Below the pieces are notes generated by a model. The model saw nothing but the letters and a program-made list of their open reading frames with translations, did not search any database and had not been told where the DNA came from. Shown here in pieces: positions 58,236-59,967 of a DNA stretch of 59,967 nucleotides (positions within the stretch are counted from its first letter, which is position 1; the number at the start of each line of letters is the position of its first letter). The DNA is taken from positions 1-59,967 of IMG/VR virus record IMGVR_UViG_3300043410_001381; one strand, 5' to 3'. A program made the position numbers and the translations under genes. Source of the stretch: a virus (Duplodnaviria; Caudoviricetes).

Positions 58236-58784
58236 CTATGTCAAGATGGTTTGTGCAAATTCTAGGCCAGAACGATCAAGGGCGTTGCACCACTGATCTT
58301 TATTATCGGAACCGAATACTAGTTCTGGGTCGCTTTTGGCAGTACACCAGCTAGTGTTTTCCTGCCAGGGCGGAATGCCCTTTATTTCCCCGATTAGCTG
58401 TTTTGGAGCCCAACCGGCCATTCCTAGGAATATTCGCCACTGGAATGGACAATCGCCCATTGATAATCTGGGGAGTATATCGTCAGCACTGCTGATACTG
58501 AAGTGTGGATTAATCTGTAATGTATTTTTACAAGACCACTCAGGTGTATGCAAAAGTGTTAAACTTTTACTATTAAGTGGTCCACCTTGGTAAACAAATC
58601 CAGGTATATCCAATTCGTACCCAAGCTGCTCACCGAATGATTTTAATGATAATTCGCTACGTTTATTCAGTACAACCCCAACACTGCCACTTGAGTGATG
58701 TTCAGTTATCATAATAACTGTTTTGTACCAAAAATTACCTTTTACTGACGGTGGTGCGATTAATAAATTGCCAACTAAATCCAT
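58236..58784 (-). CDS. YqgE/AlgH family protein
   Basis: LLIAPP, GVVLN, YQGGP, GMAGWAPKQL. Confidence 0.88.
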   Translation of the reverse strand: MDLVGNLLIAPPSVKGNFWYKTVIMITEHHSSGSVGVVLNKRSELSLKSFGEQLGYELDIPGFVYQGGPLNSKSLTLLHTPEWSCKNTLQINPHFSISSADDILPRLSMGDCPFQWRIFLGMAGWAPKQLIGEIKGIPPWQENTSWCTAKSDPELVFGSDNKDQWCNALDRSGLEFAQTILT

Positions 58785-58788
58785 GCAA

Positions 58789-59751
58789 TTATTTATTATG
58801 GTGTTGTTTGTGTCTACCAGGAACTGGCTCGTGTTGCTTTTGTCCCAAGTCTTGTGGTAGGGTATTTGAATCGTCTGGTGCAGGCAACGCTAAAGGTTCT
58901 TGCTGTTGCGCTTGGCCCATATGCTTAACTGTTGGCTCTGGTGTATGAACCTTGTTGATAAGGTCACGCATCGTCTTCATTACAGAACCACGAGCGATTG
59001 AATTTCCAACATCAACACCCGCATGTTTCTTAATTGTGTCCAGATCATTAGTACCTTGAACGTTAGCCGCAGTGTGTGCTGTTTGGCCGCCGTAAATTCC
59101 ATCTAGATACTGTTTAATACCACCTGCATTGACGATGTTATCGACCATGCGATCAGTATCTGCAACGTCAGCTTCTTCTACAGTAGTATCTGTGTCTGTA
59201 TTGCTGTAGTGATAAAATTCATCTGGCAAATTGTTAGCGTTTACTTCTCTGTCGAACTGAAATGCAAACTCGCCTTTGCCTGAGTCTTCTGGAACGCCAA
59301 TATAATTTTGTAGATCAAATGGCTTATTTGTCTTTGGATCATTGATGACTAAATGTCTGTCACCGCCAGCATCGTTCATATCATAAACAATGACATAACT
59401 ATTGCCGTTTGGTGTCTTGCGAACGTGAAACTCGTCACCGTTTGGGAGAGATCCATAGCCATGTTGGCCATCATATGAACTAAGGTCTATACCTGGTTTC
59501 CAATCATCACCAAATTCGTATTCGGTGTCATCAACGTTATCAGTATTCAACGTTTCCATGTGTGGCAATAATACTGAAACCATTGCTGCGATCTCTGGAC
59601 TTAGGCCTGCTAATCCTGCTGCTCCTGGAATTGCCGCCGCTGCTGGTGCGGTTAAAATATGCTTTGCAATACCACCTGGCGTTGCTGCGGCTGCTGCGCC
59701 GCCCAACATTCCTTTTAGGAATCCACGTCTTGAAATCTCACTGAGTCTCAT
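58789..59751 (-). CDS. Hypothetical protein, probable head internal protein
   Basis: MRLSEISRRGFLKG N-terminus; acidic body. Confidence 0.55.
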   Translation of the reverse strand: MRLSEISRRGFLKGMLGGAAAAATPGGIAKHILTAPAAAAIPGAAGLAGLSPEIAAMVSVLLPHMETLNTDNVDDTEYEFGDDWKPGIDLSSYDGQHGYGSLPNGDEFHVRKTPNGNSYVIVYDMNDAGGDRHLVINDPKTNKPFDLQNYIGVPEDSGKGEFAFQFDREVNANNLPDEFYHYSNTDTDTTVEEADVADTDRMVDNIVNAGGIKQYLDGIYGGQTAHTAANVQGTNDLDTIKKHAGVDVGNSIARGSVMKTMRDLINKVHTPEPTVKHMGQAQQQEPLALPAPDDSNTLPQDLGQKQHEPVPGRHKQHHNK

Positions 59752-59967
59752 TATGCAAACCTCTGTACTGCGCTCTTAACGTCAGCCACTGTGATTGCAC
59801 CGTTTCTATCGCGATCCAATCCCTTGTTTTGTGCGTATACTTTACCACTAAAACCACCGTCACCAGCTTGACCTAGGACTGTACTATCTGGTTTGCCCAT
59901 GTGTGCTGGCATGAATACTGCCATGTATAGGTCACCAACATCCATGCCAGGTTTAACACCTACCATT
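59751..59967 (-). CDS. C-terminus of a lytic-transglycosylase-like protein (partial)
   Basis: DLYMAVFMP...YAQNKGLDRDRNGAIT; 5' end outside window. Confidence 0.55.
   Translation of the reverse strand, partial: MVGVKPGMDVGDLYMAVFMPAHMGKPDSTVLGQAGDGGFSGKVYAQNKGLDRDRNGAITVADVKSAVQRFA

Noticed and set aside
59700-59751. Tat signal SRRGFLK
   Set aside because: Motif matches, but the capsid-targeting-like start and shared IKKxAG motif favour a virion protein; export not supported.
1170-59779. Many antisense or nested ORFs in the track (e.g. 2931..3389, 8151..8507, 12142..12489, 50894..51274)
   Set aside because: Shadows of well-supported genes with no motifs or SD.

Overview
This window is part of a large lytic myovirus genome (T4-like transcription signals, standard genetic code, dense mostly minus-strand coding), not a bacterial chromosome. 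Phage hallmarks include a PAAR spike, fibre/spike proteins, an S74 chaperone domain, about 20 TAAATA late-promoter-like motifs and T4-like internal-protein N-termini. Host-like genes include dnaK, bS21, nrdAB, aceA, iscU/iscA/erpA, hemA and yqgE; they suggest a proteobacterial, probably betaproteobacterial, host (inference). The main feature is a ~26 kb modification island (about 27.1-53.2 kb). It encodes 8 radical SAM enzymes, 2 U32-like Fe-S proteins, a flavin halogenase, a 2OG-Fe(II) oxygenase, nucleotide-sugar enzymes, glycosyltransferases, deacetylases, 3 sulfotransferases, an APS kinase fusion and Fe-S assembly genes. At its centre is a small fibre-like protein ending in (CTCNCNY)x4 directly before a self-cleaving S74 chaperone, a candidate RiPP-like substrate for virion modification. 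Other observations: two identical TCA-AAA-AAA-AAG frameshift sites opening start-less -1 ORFs, a ROSE-like thermometer on dnaK, a possible PhaR-controlled phasin-like module, a ~100 nt multi-stem RNA and several probable leaderless transcripts. All assignments come from motif recognition by eye; no searches were run.
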